Assembly: GCA_045644085.1 (NCBI GenBank)
Contig: JAZRGH010000011.1
Location: 2,730-66,729 of the forward strand
Direction: 5' to 3'
Origin: Alistipes sp.
Lineage (GTDB): Bacteria > Bacteroidota > Bacteroidia > Bacteroidales > Rikenellaceae
Length of the DNA: 64,000 bases
Shown: piece by piece, positions 21,067 through 31,356 of the stretch
Layout of the letters: every line of letters begins with the position of its first letter
Numbering within the stretch: the first letter of the stretch is position 1
Made by a program: the position numbers and the translations under genes
The notes under the pieces: model-generated
What the model saw: only the letters and a program-made list of their open reading frames with translations
Database searches by the model: none
What the model was told of the DNA's origin: nothing

Positions 21067-23214
21067 TTATTTCGTCACTTTAATCTTGCAACCATATTTC
21101 TTCGTCTTGTCAAAAGAGAGCGAATAACTTTTACCCGCATATTCGAAAGCGAGTGATACAACCTCTTTGCCCTCTTTACACTCTGTTTTTGGCAATGATT
21201 GCAGCGATTCATCTCCAACCTGAATAATATGGAGGAAGTTGTCATGTGTAGCCGCTTTCTTAGGCGACACCTCCACGCGCCACTGTCCTACCAACGGGTG
21301 ATTATTGCGAGGGATATTGCGATTACGCTTATACATAGAATCCTCCTTCTTATATTCAGGTATTGCCCAGTTTTGTCCATCTGACCAGAACTGTTTACCT
21401 TCGCCTCCTATACGCTCCACCACAGCAGCCTTTGGCAAGAGTGTACGACATATAGATTTTCCGCCTTGCGACACCTCTGCAAATTCGGTCTTGCCATTCA
21501 TCACAGGCTCCGATACTGTATGATAGAGCCATCTCTTTGGATACTCAGCCTTATCCGACACTACTCTATCATAGACAACGAAGATATCGGGCTTAATCCA
21601 TACGAACTCTCTCACAACCTGATCTACCTTACTAAGATGATAGCACTCTGTCGCATCGGAAGCAATATACACATAGTCAGCACTCTCCTTATGAGCCAGC
21701 AATCTACCTTTTCGATTATTGCGTTGTCCTCCATCGTTAGGTATCGGAGTATCAGGATCTTCATTTTGAGCAGCTTTACCAGCATAACGAGGCATCTTCT
21801 CGTCAGGCATTTGTATCGTTACACAGTTGTGTGCAACAGTACGGCAATAATAGTGCGACTGATGTAATCCCGGCTGTGGGCGAGTACCCGAATCGAGTGC
21901 ACGATATCCGTTCTTATAAATCACAAAGTTATTTATATCGAAATGTTGACGACTCTTATCCTTGCGAGCAGTCGAAAATACGGCGTATGTATCTTTGTCG
22001 CCAACACCTGAGCGCATGATGATTTGGCCTAACGACTCAAAATAGAGAGATTGCTTATCTGCCGCATCGGCAACATACTCTACCTCATCTGTTTCGAAGT
22101 GGAAACGATGCAGAAGAGGCAAGAACGGCATTGCAATAGTGCGACCATTCGAGTCATTATATCGCGATAGCAGAGTTGCGCACCAGTTAAATATCTCCGG
22201 TTTGCTCTTAACCAAGAGATTTGCAATCTCCTTAATGTGCGACACAAGATGGCGAGGCAGTTTATTGTTCGAATGAAGCGAGTTTCCGAGGCCAAATTCG
22301 CGATTACCTGGCAGACGAGCCCAATCCAGATACTTCAAATAGCCCAACATATAGCTCATCTGTGGAGCAATATCAATTCCCGTAGCAGAGCAGAATGTGT
22401 AGATAAAATCATACTCAGCATAAGGATATGTGCCAAAGTTGCTGATAGAGCCTGTGTCGATACCGCCATTCTTACCTAACCATTTGGCACGATATGCGCT
22501 CATCTTCTGATGCAAGTCGTAGCCATTGCGAAGCATGGTATTGCACTCATTATCGTCAATACCCTCACCATAGAATGTCAAGCCTACATACCAAGGCAAT
22601 ACAGCCGTACCATTAAAGGCTGACGTCGGGGCGCTTGTATTCTCACGTGGTCGCTTAGGTCTAATATCCTGTCCATGCCATGCGATATCGTAAGTCGCTT
22701 TATAGAGTCGCTTGCCCAAGTCGGCACGCTCCTCTGCCGTAAGGTCATTGTATATCCAGTCGTAGGCACAGAGTGTTGCTATTATAGTGAAAGCCTGTCC
22801 GCTAATATTTAAATTATTGGATAGTCGCAAATCGTAGTAGCCAATCACTCTATCCAATAGCACCTTCGTAAAATCGAGATACTTAGCATCTTTGGTGACA
22901 ATCCAAAGCATTGCAGCTTCGGCTGCGCGATAGCCAAATTGGGCGTTTGCTCCGGCCTCTTTCGCATGTTCGTTCTTGAACTCAAAGCCTTTTGTTATCA
23001 CTCTATCGATACGTTTTTGCATTCCGTTGAATGTTCGCGCATCGAACAACATCGAATTATTCACAATCTGCGGAATCTCCTCAGCCGTAAAGAAAAGACG
23101 AGGGTGGTCGGCACGAAGTGAGTTAAGCCATGCGTAATCACCGGCTTTTAGCTGCGCCGATACGGTTGTCGAGATAAACAACAACGACATCAAGAGGGTT
23201 GTTAGTCGTTTCAT
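21067..23214 (-). CDS. Heparinase II-like polysaccharide lyase, secreted
   Basis: Signal peptide, HPRLFF, QHFDINNFVIYK.G..ALDSG, RTVAHN, VVYDRV and GQWRVEVSP motifs. Confidence 0.8.
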   Translation of the reverse strand: MKRLTTLLMSLLFISTTVSAQLKAGDYAWLNSLRADHPRLFFTAEEIPQIVNNSMLFDARTFNGMQKRIDRVITKGFEFKNEHAKEAGANAQFGYRAAEAAMLWIVTKDAKYLDFTKVLLDRVIGYYDLRLSNNLNISGQAFTIIATLCAYDWIYNDLTAEERADLGKRLYKATYDIAWHGQDIRPKRPRENTSAPTSAFNGTAVLPWYVGLTFYGEGIDDNECNTMLRNGYDLHQKMSAYRAKWLGKNGGIDTGSISNFGTYPYAEYDFIYTFCSATGIDIAPQMSYMLGYLKYLDWARLPGNREFGLGNSLHSNNKLPRHLVSHIKEIANLLVKSKPEIFNWCATLLSRYNDSNGRTIAMPFLPLLHRFHFETDEVEYVADAADKQSLYFESLGQIIMRSGVGDKDTYAVFSTARKDKSRQHFDINNFVIYKNGYRALDSGTRPQPGLHQSHYYCRTVAHNCVTIQMPDEKMPRYAGKAAQNEDPDTPIPNDGGQRNNRKGRLLAHKESADYVYIASDATECYHLSKVDQVVREFVWIKPDIFVVYDRVVSDKAEYPKRWLYHTVSEPVMNGKTEFAEVSQGGKSICRTLLPKAAVVERIGGEGKQFWSDGQNWAIPEYKKEDSMYKRNRNIPRNNHPLVGQWRVEVSPKKAATHDNFLHIIQVGDESLQSLPKTECKEGKEVVSLAFEYAGKSYSLSFDKTKKYGCKIKVTK

Positions 23215-23242
23215 ATTGGTAGTTTTTAGGTTTTATCTATTA

Positions 23243-23290
23243 CAAAGATACATTTTTTAATTAAAAGTTAAAAGTGAAAATTTAAAAATT
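23243..23290 (-). promoter_or_regulatory. -7 box (23243-23250) with upstream 7-bp array (23259-23290)
   Basis: CAAAGATA (TATCTTTG on - strand), then aattaaa|agttaaa|agtgaaa|atttaaa. Confidence 0.65.
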
Positions 23291-23390
23291 TGGGGCACGA
23301 ATCGTTATATCTCATGGAGATTACGAGTTTTTCCACACTCCCCTTTGCAATACTGCAACAACGTGCAACATTTAAGCAAGTTTGAAAAAT

Positions 23391-23434
23391 AATTCTCAAT
23401 TCTCAATTTTTTCGAGGAATTATCGTTATCTTTG
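23391..23434 (+). promoter_or_regulatory. Short 7-bp array and -7 box for the hpt operon
   Basis: aattctc|aattctc|aatttt, then TATCTTTG at 23427-23434. Confidence 0.65.
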
Positions 23435-23460
23435 CGGTTACAAAAAAATATCATTTCGCA

Positions 23461-24009
23461 ATGAAACAAAAAGTAACGCTTAACGACAAGACCTTCGAGG
23501 TAATGATACCTGCTGAGGAGATTGACAAGGCAGTGGCAAAGGTTGCCGAGCAGCTTAATGCCGACTATGCATCGACAGCAAAAGCACCTATTTTCGTAGG
23601 TGTTTTGAATGGTTCGTATATGTTCCTTGCCGACCTTGTACGCAAGACCAATTTCAACAACGAGATTACCTTCGTTCAGATCTCTTCTTATGAGGGAACA
23701 CAGTCAACAGGCACCATCAAGCAAAAACTCGGCATCGACTTCGACATCGAGGGACGCGATATTATCGTAGTGGAGGATATTGTTGAAACAGGCCACAGCA
23801 TCAACCACATGCTCAACTATATCAAGTCGTTCAACCCTAACTCGGTGGAGGTTTGCACACTTTTCTTCAAGCCGGAGAAGTATCTCTATGATATGCCTAT
23901 CAAGTATTGCGCAATGGAGATCGGCAACGAGTTTATTGTAGGTTACGGACTCGATTACGACCAATTAGGTCGCAACCTCAAAGATATTTACGTATTGGCT
24001 AATGACTAA
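23461..24009 (+). CDS. hpt: Hypoxanthine phosphoribosyltransferase
   Basis: VLNGSYMF, IVVEDIVETG and FIVGYGLDY motifs. Confidence 0.95.
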   Translation: MKQKVTLNDKTFEVMIPAEEIDKAVAKVAEQLNADYASTAKAPIFVGVLNGSYMFLADLVRKTNFNNEITFVQISSYEGTQSTGTIKQKLGIDFDIEGRDIIVVEDIVETGHSINHMLNYIKSFNPNSVEVCTLFFKPEKYLYDMPIKYCAMEIGNEFIVGYGLDYDQLGRNLKDIYVLAND

Positions 24010-24628
24010 CAACGAAGTATTGGAGGGTGGTCGCAAGTTGCCACTCGTAGAGGATTTCTACACCATTCAGGGCGAGGGCTTCCACACAGGAAAGCCCGCC
24101 TATTTTATTCGCCTTGGAGGTTGTGATGTAGGTTGTGCATGGTGTGATGCCAAGTACACCTGGAACCCGCGCATGTACCCGCCAACGGCTATCGAAAAGA
24201 TTGTTGAGCGCGCGGTATCTTGCGCAGCACAATCTATTGTAATTACAGGAGGAGAGCCTCTGCTCTACCCTCTCGATTTCTTGACACAGTCGCTCAAAGA
24301 GCGAGGTCTTGCCATTTTTCTCGAAACATCGGGCTCTCACCCATTCTCGGGCGTATTTGATTGGGTATGTCTTTCGCCAAAACGCAAATCTGCACCTCTC
24401 GCGGAGGCGTATGGTCGCGCCCACGAGTTGAAGGTTATCATTCAAAGCGAAGATGACTTAAAATGGGCAGAAGAGTGCGCAGCAAAGGTCAGCAAGGAGT
24501 GCCGACTCTTCCTACAACCCGAATGGAGTGTTGCAGAGGAGATTATGCCTATATTGGTTGAGTACGCCAAGCGCAATCCTCAATGGAGTATCTCTATTCA
24601 GAGTCACAAATACATGAGAATACCTTAA
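24002..24628 (+). CDS. queE: 7-carboxy-7-deazaguanine synthase (radical SAM)
   Basis: FYTIQGEG, CDVGCAWCD, ITGGEP and IQSHKY motifs. Confidence 0.92.
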   Translation: MTNNEVLEGGRKLPLVEDFYTIQGEGFHTGKPAYFIRLGGCDVGCAWCDAKYTWNPRMYPPTAIEKIVERAVSCAAQSIVITGGEPLLYPLDFLTQSLKERGLAIFLETSGSHPFSGVFDWVCLSPKRKSAPLAEAYGRAHELKVIIQSEDDLKWAEECAAKVSKECRLFLQPEWSVAEEIMPILVEYAKRNPQWSISIQSHKYMRIP

Positions 24629-24640
24629 TCCGAAATAGGT

Positions 24641-24952
24641 ATGAAATTGGGTAAAAAGGTTGGCAAGCAGGTCGAAAGAACTATCAGCAAAGGCAAGGAG
24701 TATGCGTGGCGCATCACACTTGTCGGAGTCACAGTACTCGGCATTATCCTGATTGGCCGCCCGCTATTCTCATTCGTAAAGACATCTATCGAAATATCCC
24801 AGCTCAACAAAGAGAAAGCTCTCTACGAAGCAAGTATTCGCAAGGATAGCCTACTTATCGAGAACCTTAAAAACGATGAGTTCTTGGAGCGTTATGCTCG
24901 CGAAAAATACTTTATGCAGGGTAAAAACGAGCAGGTATTTATTGTGGAGTAG
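24641..24952 (+). CDS. Septum formation initiator (FtsB/DivIC family)
   Basis: Single TM, coiled coil, LERYAREKYFM motif. Confidence 0.8.
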   Translation: MKLGKKVGKQVERTISKGKEYAWRITLVGVTVLGIILIGRPLFSFVKTSIEISQLNKEKALYEASIRKDSLLIENLKNDEFLERYAREKYFMQGKNEQVFIVE

Positions 24953-24955
24953 CCA

Positions 24956-25918
24956 CTAAAAGTGATGATAACCTCCCCAACCGGTGGATTGAGTTATAAC
25001 ATCTCCATTTTTAACCTTTACTCCTATACAGTATCCACTGCCACCTCCGTTACTCTTAATTTTACCTATTATATATAGAGGTGTGCCAAATTTTTGCTTA
25101 AAGCGTCTTGCCAAGTCGTCAGCTTGATTCTTATCAACCGTAATAAGGAGCTTATAATCTTCGCCTCCATCAAATGCATCTTTCCATGTTGCACCCTTGG
25201 CGCTCGGTAGGTCTTCTACTATAACTCCTTTTTTCGACGCATCTATGATATGTTGCAAGTCCGATGCTATACCATCAGATATATCACACATTGCATGAAC
25301 GCACGCTTGTTTTCCAAGCCATTCTCCTTCAAGCACTTGCGCCTCAGGCATAAGATGTATCTTGGCATTTCGGGTTCGCAACTTTCCCGCCAACACATCG
25401 CGCAGACCGGCTGCCGATGCTCCAAGCTCTCCGGTAACCATAACCACATCTCCGGTTTTGGCTGCCGAGCGACGCTTGATATTCGCTTTTGGAGCGCGAC
25501 CAATAGCCGTAACACTCACACATACACCCGATTCGGACTTTGTAGTATCGCCACCAACGATCTTTACGCCATACTTTTTAGAAGCGGCATAGTATCCATC
25601 CATAAATGCCTGCGACCACTCTCCAAATCGCTCCTCTGGTAATGCCAACGACAACAATGTTGCTACGGGTTTTGCGCCCATAGCTGCCACATCGCTTATA
25701 TTGACCATCAACGACTTATATCCAATCTGATAGGCAGTACTTCTATCCGTAAGGAAATGGACACCCTCATTGAGCATATCGGTAGTAAAGACCAACACTT
25801 CATCACCGATAGGCAACACTGCGCAGTCATCACCAATACCCTCGAAGCCTCTCTTCGGGATATCGGCAAACATCTCGCGTATTGATGCTATAAAGTCGAA
25901 TTCGCCATACTCTCTCAT
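24956..25918 (-). CDS. thiL: Thiamine-monophosphate kinase
   Basis: GIGDDCAV, NISDVAAMG, GGDT, DISDG and GGEDY motifs. Confidence 0.95.
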   Translation of the reverse strand: MREYGEFDFIASIREMFADIPKRGFEGIGDDCAVLPIGDEVLVFTTDMLNEGVHFLTDRSTAYQIGYKSLMVNISDVAAMGAKPVATLLSLALPEERFGEWSQAFMDGYYAASKKYGVKIVGGDTTKSESGVCVSVTAIGRAPKANIKRRSAAKTGDVVMVTGELGASAAGLRDVLAGKLRTRNAKIHLMPEAQVLEGEWLGKQACVHAMCDISDGIASDLQHIIDASKKGVIVEDLPSAKGATWKDAFDGGEDYKLLITVDKNQADDLARRFKQKFGTPLYIIGKIKSNGGGSGYCIGVKVKNGDVITQSTGWGGYHHF

Positions 25919-27363
25919 CGTTTCAAAACGCCTTTGATTGTTTTGACAAACTCCTTAAATGCCTCTACACGGAAAGCCCATGCAGATAAAGCGTATGACA
26001 AGATACCGACTCCTATTTGCGAAAGCAACAGCCAAGCAGGAGCGAGAGAAGCTGCGTAATACCCTACCGTCTTAACCGCCATATACATCACTGTCGTAAG
26101 CACTAACGAAGGTAGCAAGGTCTTTATCGTTTGCCACCACGAGAGCGTAGTATAACGCCTTGTTGCAGCGAAATTTACACCAAACTCAATTATTGACATT
26201 GCCACCAAACCATAAGCAACAGCCATTGTCGAATGTGTAATTGTTATTGCCAGGACAATTGTCATTATCGCTTTTTTTAGCAACTCCAAACGGAAGATTA
26301 TCGCTCCGTTGCTATGTACTTTCAATACATTATATGTCACCATTGCAAGTGGATAGAACAAACCGGCCAAAGCAATAACCTCAAAATATGGTACTGTCGG
26401 CAACCATCTCTCGCCAAGCAGAACTTCAAAAAGAGGTTGTGCCACAGCCGACATGCCAACTACCAACGGAGCCATAACGAAGATGTTTATCATGAGTACC
26501 TTACGGAAACTCTCGGCGAACTTTTCAGTATTATCCTTAATCTTCGCCAAGGCAGGATATGTAACACTCTGCACCGACAATACGGCTGATTGAACAGGTA
26601 AATCCTTGATTTTCTGCGCTTGATTGAAATAGCCAAGTGTATCTGCCGAGTAGATCTTTCCGATAAAGAGTTGTGCCACATTGTTATACATCGCCGAAAC
26701 TATATCGGTACTCATCAGTCGGAACGAGAATGGTGCCATCGTACGCCATGCCACACCATTAAATTGTCCCTCGCCTCGCCAATCACCTCGCCACCACAGC
26801 AGCAACGATTTCACCGCCACCAACGAGAGTCGTTGCGCCACCAAAGCCCATACACCACCACCGCATACAGCAATCGTAATAGCTACCGCGCCAGCTACAA
26901 GCGATGCCACAAAATTAATTCGCGACAACACCCCGAAGCGAAACTCACGCGAAAGTTTTGTATTTTGGATTATACCCAGCGCATTCAACGGCAACAACAG
27001 GAACAATACGGGTGCTATTTTAGAGATTATCGCCAATTCATAGAATCTTGCCAAGAGAGGTGATAATCCCACAAAAAGCAGATACAACAATAGCGATACC
27101 GCCAAATTGAAGACAAAGACCGACTTGTAGTCGTCATTCGTCGGAGATTCCTTACGAAGCAATGTCTGCGAGAAACCGCTATCGACAACAACAAGTGCAA
27201 TAGCAGTAAAGAATGTCAGAATCGCCATCACACCGAAGTCCTCCGGCACCAACAGACGCGCTACGATGATACTTACCACCATTTGCAAAAGCATGGAGCA
27301 AACCTTCTCGGCAGTACTCCACGCAACACCTTTTGCTACTTGGTCGATAAGACGATTCTTCAT
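25915..27363 (-). CDS. Polysaccharide flippase (Wzx/PST family)
   Basis: ARLLVPEDFG, GVWALVAQ and LGYFNQA motifs. Polytopic membrane protein. Confidence 0.85.
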   Translation of the reverse strand: MKNRLIDQVAKGVAWSTAEKVCSMLLQMVVSIIVARLLVPEDFGVMAILTFFTAIALVVVDSGFSQTLLRKESPTNDDYKSVFVFNLAVSLLLYLLFVGLSPLLARFYELAIISKIAPVLFLLLPLNALGIIQNTKLSREFRFGVLSRINFVASLVAGAVAITIAVCGGGVWALVAQRLSLVAVKSLLLWWRGDWRGEGQFNGVAWRTMAPFSFRLMSTDIVSAMYNNVAQLFIGKIYSADTLGYFNQAQKIKDLPVQSAVLSVQSVTYPALAKIKDNTEKFAESFRKVLMINIFVMAPLVVGMSAVAQPLFEVLLGERWLPTVPYFEVIALAGLFYPLAMVTYNVLKVHSNGAIIFRLELLKKAIMTIVLAITITHSTMAVAYGLVAMSIIEFGVNFAATRRYTTLSWWQTIKTLLPSLVLTTVMYMAVKTVGYYAASLAPAWLLLSQIGVGILSYALSAWAFRVEAFKEFVKTIKGVLKR

Positions 27364-27378
27364 ACTTGAAGTCTATTT

Positions 27379-27798
27379 TTATCGGTTAAGAAGAGCCTCG
27401 ACACCCAGACGATAGGAGTCCAAGCCAAAACCTGCAATAGTTCCAATGCAAGTTGCACCGATAAGAGATGTATGACGGAACTCCTCGCGTGCCGCAACAT
27501 TCGAGATATGAATCTCAATGACAGGCACCGAAACTGCATCTATGGCATCGCGCAACGCCACCGAGGTATGAGTATAACCTCCTGCATTGAACAATACGCC
27601 ATCGTACTCTCCTTCCGCCTGATGGAGAGCATCTATCAACTCACCCTCGATATTCGATTGAGCATAATCGAGGATATGTGACGGATACAAGGCACGGAGT
27701 CGAGGAATAAACTCCTCGAAACTCTCCGCACCATATACCGATTTATCTCGCCTACACTGCAAATTGAGGTTAGGACCATTTAAGATTAAAAGTTTCAC
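27379..27798 (-). CDS. aroQ: Type II 3-dehydroquinate dehydratase
   Basis: LNGPNLN, QSNIEGE, THTSVALRDA and EIHISN motifs. Confidence 0.95.
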   Translation of the reverse strand: MKLLILNGPNLNLQCRRDKSVYGAESFEEFIPRLRALYPSHILDYAQSNIEGELIDALHQAEGEYDGVLFNAGGYTHTSVALRDAIDAVSVPVIEIHISNVAAREEFRHTSLIGATCIGTIAGFGLDSYRLGVEALLNR

Positions 27799-27810
27799 TT
27801 TTTATCTATT

Positions 27811-28713
27811 CTATTTTGCAGCCAAACAAGCCAACGCAATCGAATACTTCTTCGACAGAGCCGAATCGCCACGCGAAGTCAAAACACAAGGCTTGTTAGT
27901 ACCAACAACCATTGCAGCCAACTCGCCATGACCAATGTGCGATACGCTCTTGAAGAATACGTTACCCGACTCCAAGTTAGGGAACAACAAAGCATCTGCA
28001 TCGCCTGCAACTGCCGATCCCTTAACCTTCTTGTGCTCAGCGACCTCCGGATAGAGAGCTACGTCGAGCGACAACGGACCATCAACAATCACATTGCCCA
28101 ACTGACCACGGTCTGCCATCTTCGAGATGATTGCACCCTCAGCCATAGCCGGCATATTTGCGTTAACCAACTCCATAGCCGCTACGCAAGCAATCTTAGG
28201 GCAATCTACGCCGAGCAACTTAGCGGTCTGAGCCAAATACTTAATAAGAGTAAGCTTCTGCTTGAAATCGGGCTGTGGCAACACTGCGATATCCGATGCA
28301 AGCAACAACTTTGGATAGCCAGCCCACTCGAACACCGAAACATGGCTCAACGTACCCTTTGGAGGGAACAAACCAGCCTCCTTGTTCAAGATGCCACGCA
28401 TATACTTGTCAGTCGAAACCATACCCTTCATCAAAACCTGGCACTCGCCTGCAACAACAGCCTTAACTGCCAACTCAACGCACTTTACATCGCTCTTCTC
28501 ATCAACGATTGTAAAGATCGATGGGTCGATACCCAACTCTGCACAAGTTGCGAGGATAACCTCCTTGTCACCAAAGAGTGTTGCGTCAACCAAACCATCC
28601 TTATATGCGTCGTATACAGCCTCGATAGTGTGCGAGTCCTGACCGTATGCTACCGCCAAGCGCTTTCTACCCTTCGCCAACGCAGCATCAACAATTTCTG
28701 ATAAATGTTTCAT
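27811..28713 (-). CDS. Phosphate acyltransferase (PTA/PTB family, Ptb-like)
   Basis: LMKG, LSHV, DGPLSLDVA, GNVFFK and VLTSRGDS motifs. Confidence 0.85.
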   Translation of the reverse strand: MKHLSEIVDAALAKGRKRLAVAYGQDSHTIEAVYDAYKDGLVDATLFGDKEVILATCAELGIDPSIFTIVDEKSDVKCVELAVKAVVAGECQVLMKGMVSTDKYMRGILNKEAGLFPPKGTLSHVSVFEWAGYPKLLLASDIAVLPQPDFKQKLTLIKYLAQTAKLLGVDCPKIACVAAMELVNANMPAMAEGAIISKMADRGQLGNVIVDGPLSLDVALYPEVAEHKKVKGSAVAGDADALLFPNLESGNVFFKSVSHIGHGELAAMVVGTNKPCVLTSRGDSALSKKYSIALACLAAK

Positions 28714-28732
28714 ATTTTTAGCAATTCGCTTT

Positions 28733-29938
28733 TTATTTGTTAATCAATCTGTAAGTATCCTGTGCGATAACCAACTCCTCGTTTGTAGCGATTACAGCAA
28801 CCTTTACCTTCGAATTCTCTGTCGAGAGGAGAGTATCTACGCCACGAGTTTTATCGTTGATAGCATCGTTGATCTCGATACCCAAGAACTCCATATTGTG
28901 ACAAACCCAACGACGCAAATCATTCGAGTTCTCACCTACTCCACCGGTAAAGATGAGCATATCGATACCACCCATCAAAGCTGCATACTTACCAACGTAC
29001 TGCTTTACGCGGTCATAGTACATATCGCGAGCGAGAATTGCGCGCTCGTTGCCAGCCTCGTAAGCATCGTCAATATCACGCATATCGCTCGATACGCCCG
29101 ACACAGCCTCTACACCCGACTTCTTATTAATCATTGTGTTAATCTCGCCAAACGACATTCCCTCTTTCTCTGCAATATAGAGAACTGCGCTTGGGTCAAC
29201 ATCACCGCAACGAGTACCCATCATCAAACCATCAACAGGCGAGAAGCCCATCGAAGTACAGTATGACTTACCGTTCAAAACAGCAGTTACCGAACCACCA
29301 TTACCAACATGGCAAGTTACAATCTTCGAATTTTCGAGGTCGAGACCGCAGAATTCCGCACCACGCTTTGCTACGAACTTATGACTTGTTCCGTGGAAAC
29401 CGTATCGACGCACACGATACTTGTCGTAATACTCCATTGGGAGTGCATACAAGTAGTTGCGTGCAGGGATTGACTGATGGAACGAGGTGTCAAATACTGC
29501 TACCTGTGGTACCGAAGGCAACACCTTCTCAATAGAGAGGATACCCTCCAAGTTCGCAGGGTTGTGCAATGGAGCGATAGCGAACAACGAGCGAATCTTC
29601 TCCTTAACCTCCTCTGTAACAACTTCGCTATCAGCGAAGAACTCGCCACCGTGAGCCACACGATGACCTACGGCCTTAACCTCGTCGAGCGAAGCAATCA
29701 CGCCGTGTTCAGCATGTGTCAAAGCCTCCAACACAAGGCTGATACCTGTGGTGTGGTCAGCGATTGGCTGATGAAGGTGGAAATTCTCCTTACCTACCGG
29801 TTTGTGTACGAGGTCGCCTTCCGGCAAACCAATACGATCAACGATACCTTTTGCAAGCAATTTGTGCGAAGTAGCCTCTACATCAAGCACCTGATACTTG
29901 ATAGACGAGCTACCGCAATTCAATACTAAAATTACCAT
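28733..29938 (-). CDS. ackA: Acetate kinase
   Basis: LNCGSSSIKY, GHRVAHGG, APLHNPAN, YGFHGTSH and FTGGVGEN motifs. Confidence 0.96.
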   Translation of the reverse strand: MVILVLNCGSSSIKYQVLDVEATSHKLLAKGIVDRIGLPEGDLVHKPVGKENFHLHQPIADHTTGISLVLEALTHAEHGVIASLDEVKAVGHRVAHGGEFFADSEVVTEEVKEKIRSLFAIAPLHNPANLEGILSIEKVLPSVPQVAVFDTSFHQSIPARNYLYALPMEYYDKYRVRRYGFHGTSHKFVAKRGAEFCGLDLENSKIVTCHVGNGGSVTAVLNGKSYCTSMGFSPVDGLMMGTRCGDVDPSAVLYIAEKEGMSFGEINTMINKKSGVEAVSGVSSDMRDIDDAYEAGNERAILARDMYYDRVKQYVGKYAALMGGIDMLIFTGGVGENSNDLRRWVCHNMEFLGIEINDAINDKTRGVDTLLSTENSKVKVAVIATNEELVIAQDTYRLINK

Positions 29939-29976
29939 GGTTATACTGTTTTTGAGTTAAATATACATTATTGCAA

Positions 29977-30024
29977 CAAAGATACAAAAAAAATAAGAAT
30001 TGAGAATTAAAAATTAGAAATTTT
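29977..30024 (-). promoter_or_regulatory. -7 box (29977-29984) with upstream 7-bp array
   Basis: CAAAGATA, then aataag|aattgag|aattaaa|aattaga|aatt. Confidence 0.65.
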
Positions 30025-30060
30025 TAGCGCTATTATTGGCATTCGGGAGTTTAGATAAAT

Positions 30061-30086
30061 AAAAAGAGCGAGAAAAATCTCGCTCT
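30061..30086 (-). terminator. Terminator of the pseudouridine synthase gene
   Basis: AGAGCGAGA / TCTCGCTCT with an A run on the + strand. Confidence 0.7.
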
Positions 30087-30106
30087 AACAATCAAAAAAA
30101 ACCTTT

Positions 30107-31249
30107 TTACTCATATCGTCCTGCTTTGAGGCGTGCCACCTCGTCAGAGGTGAGGAATCGCCAAGCGCCACGCTTCAAGTTCTTCTTGGTCAAACCTGCG
30201 TAATATACACGATCAAGTTTAGTAACCTTATATCCGAGATGTTCGAACATACGACGCACGATACGGTTACGACCAGAGTGAATCTCTACGCCCACCGACT
30301 TCTTATCATCTTTGATGTACGAAATCTCATCAAAGAAAATATCGCCGTCTTCGAGAGTGATACCCTCTGCAAGCTGCTCAAAATCAGCACGAGTGAGTGA
30401 CTTATCCAAAGTAACTTCGTAAATCTTCTTCTTACGCAACGAAGGGTGTGTCAACTGACGGGTAATATCGCCATCGTTGGTAAAGAGCAACAATCCCAAC
30501 GAGTTCTTATCGAGGCGACCAACAGGGTAGATGCGCTCCTTGCAAGCGTTCTGGACCAACTCCATAACGGTCTTCTCGGCATGGTCATCTTCGAGAGTTG
30601 TAACGTAGCCCTTTGGCTTATTCAGCACGAGATAGACATTCTTCTCGCCCTGCAAGCGTTCATCGTTGAACTTAACGACATCGGTAGGCCAAACCTTTGT
30701 TCCGAGCTCGGTTACTATTACACCATTTACGCTAACCAAACCTGCTGCAATAAAGTCGTCTGCCTCACGACGCGAGCAGAGTCCTGACTGCGCAACAAAG
30801 CGATTAAGACGAATTTCGCCGGTAACCTTATTAGGGTTGTATTTCGGATAGCTACGCTCGGCAGTAGATTTGCCCTTACCTTTGTAGCCTTCGCTTTTGC
30901 CCATAGGCTTACGACCACCTTTGAATCCATCGCCCTTCGACTTAAATCCTTCGCTTCTACCCTTAAAAGTACGCTCGGTACGCTCATTACGCTCCGGACG
31001 ACCTGCGCCAAAAGGCTTGCGAGCAGCCAGCTTTGCACCAAACTGCTTTCGCTCACCGCGCTCACCACCCTCTACGCCACGCTTAGGGCGATTATCCTCG
31101 GTGAAATTAGGATTGAATGATGCGCGCTTAGCACGCTCCGGACGCGACGAAACACTTCTCTCTGTGCGAGGAGTACGCTCGGTTCGCAAACGCTTATCCT
31201 TAGCAAAGCGCGATAATGCTGATGATGAGTCGCTATTAAAATTCTTCAT
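30107..31249 (-). CDS. rRNA pseudouridine synthase (RluB/RsuA family) with a basic low-complexity N-terminal extension
   Basis: S4 domain (RLNRFVAQSGLCSRREAD), PVGRLD and GRNRIVRRM motifs. TACCTTTG box at 31289-31296. Confidence 0.92.
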   Translation of the reverse strand: MKNFNSDSSSALSRFAKDKRLRTERTPRTERSVSSRPERAKRASFNPNFTEDNRPKRGVEGGERGERKQFGAKLAARKPFGAGRPERNERTERTFKGRSEGFKSKGDGFKGGRKPMGKSEGYKGKGKSTAERSYPKYNPNKVTGEIRLNRFVAQSGLCSRREADDFIAAGLVSVNGVIVTELGTKVWPTDVVKFNDERLQGEKNVYLVLNKPKGYVTTLEDDHAEKTVMELVQNACKERIYPVGRLDKNSLGLLLFTNDGDITRQLTHPSLRKKKIYEVTLDKSLTRADFEQLAEGITLEDGDIFFDEISYIKDDKKSVGVEIHSGRNRIVRRMFEHLGYKVTKLDRVYYAGLTKKNLKRGAWRFLTSDEVARLKAGRYE

Positions 31250-31356
31250 ACTTATATAATTATTATTTCTTTCTCTGTTTTTCGGGTGCAAAGGTAAACT
31301 ATTTTTCGCAATAATTGCCACCCTTGCGCCAAAACCGCAACAAAAAAGCCGAAACT

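Noticed and set aside
24002-24628. queE as part of a 7-deazaguanine DNA-modification (dpd) island
   Set aside because: It sits in a housekeeping operon with hpt and a septum formation gene, and no dpdA/tgt-like gene is nearby.
25915-27363. Wzx flippase as a marker of a capsule locus
   Set aside because: It is isolated between aroQ and thiL, with no glycosyltransferases or other capsule genes.
30850-31249. R/K/G/E-rich repetitive N-terminus of the pseudouridine synthase
   Set aside because: Such disordered basic extensions are usual for RluB-like proteins in Bacteroidota.
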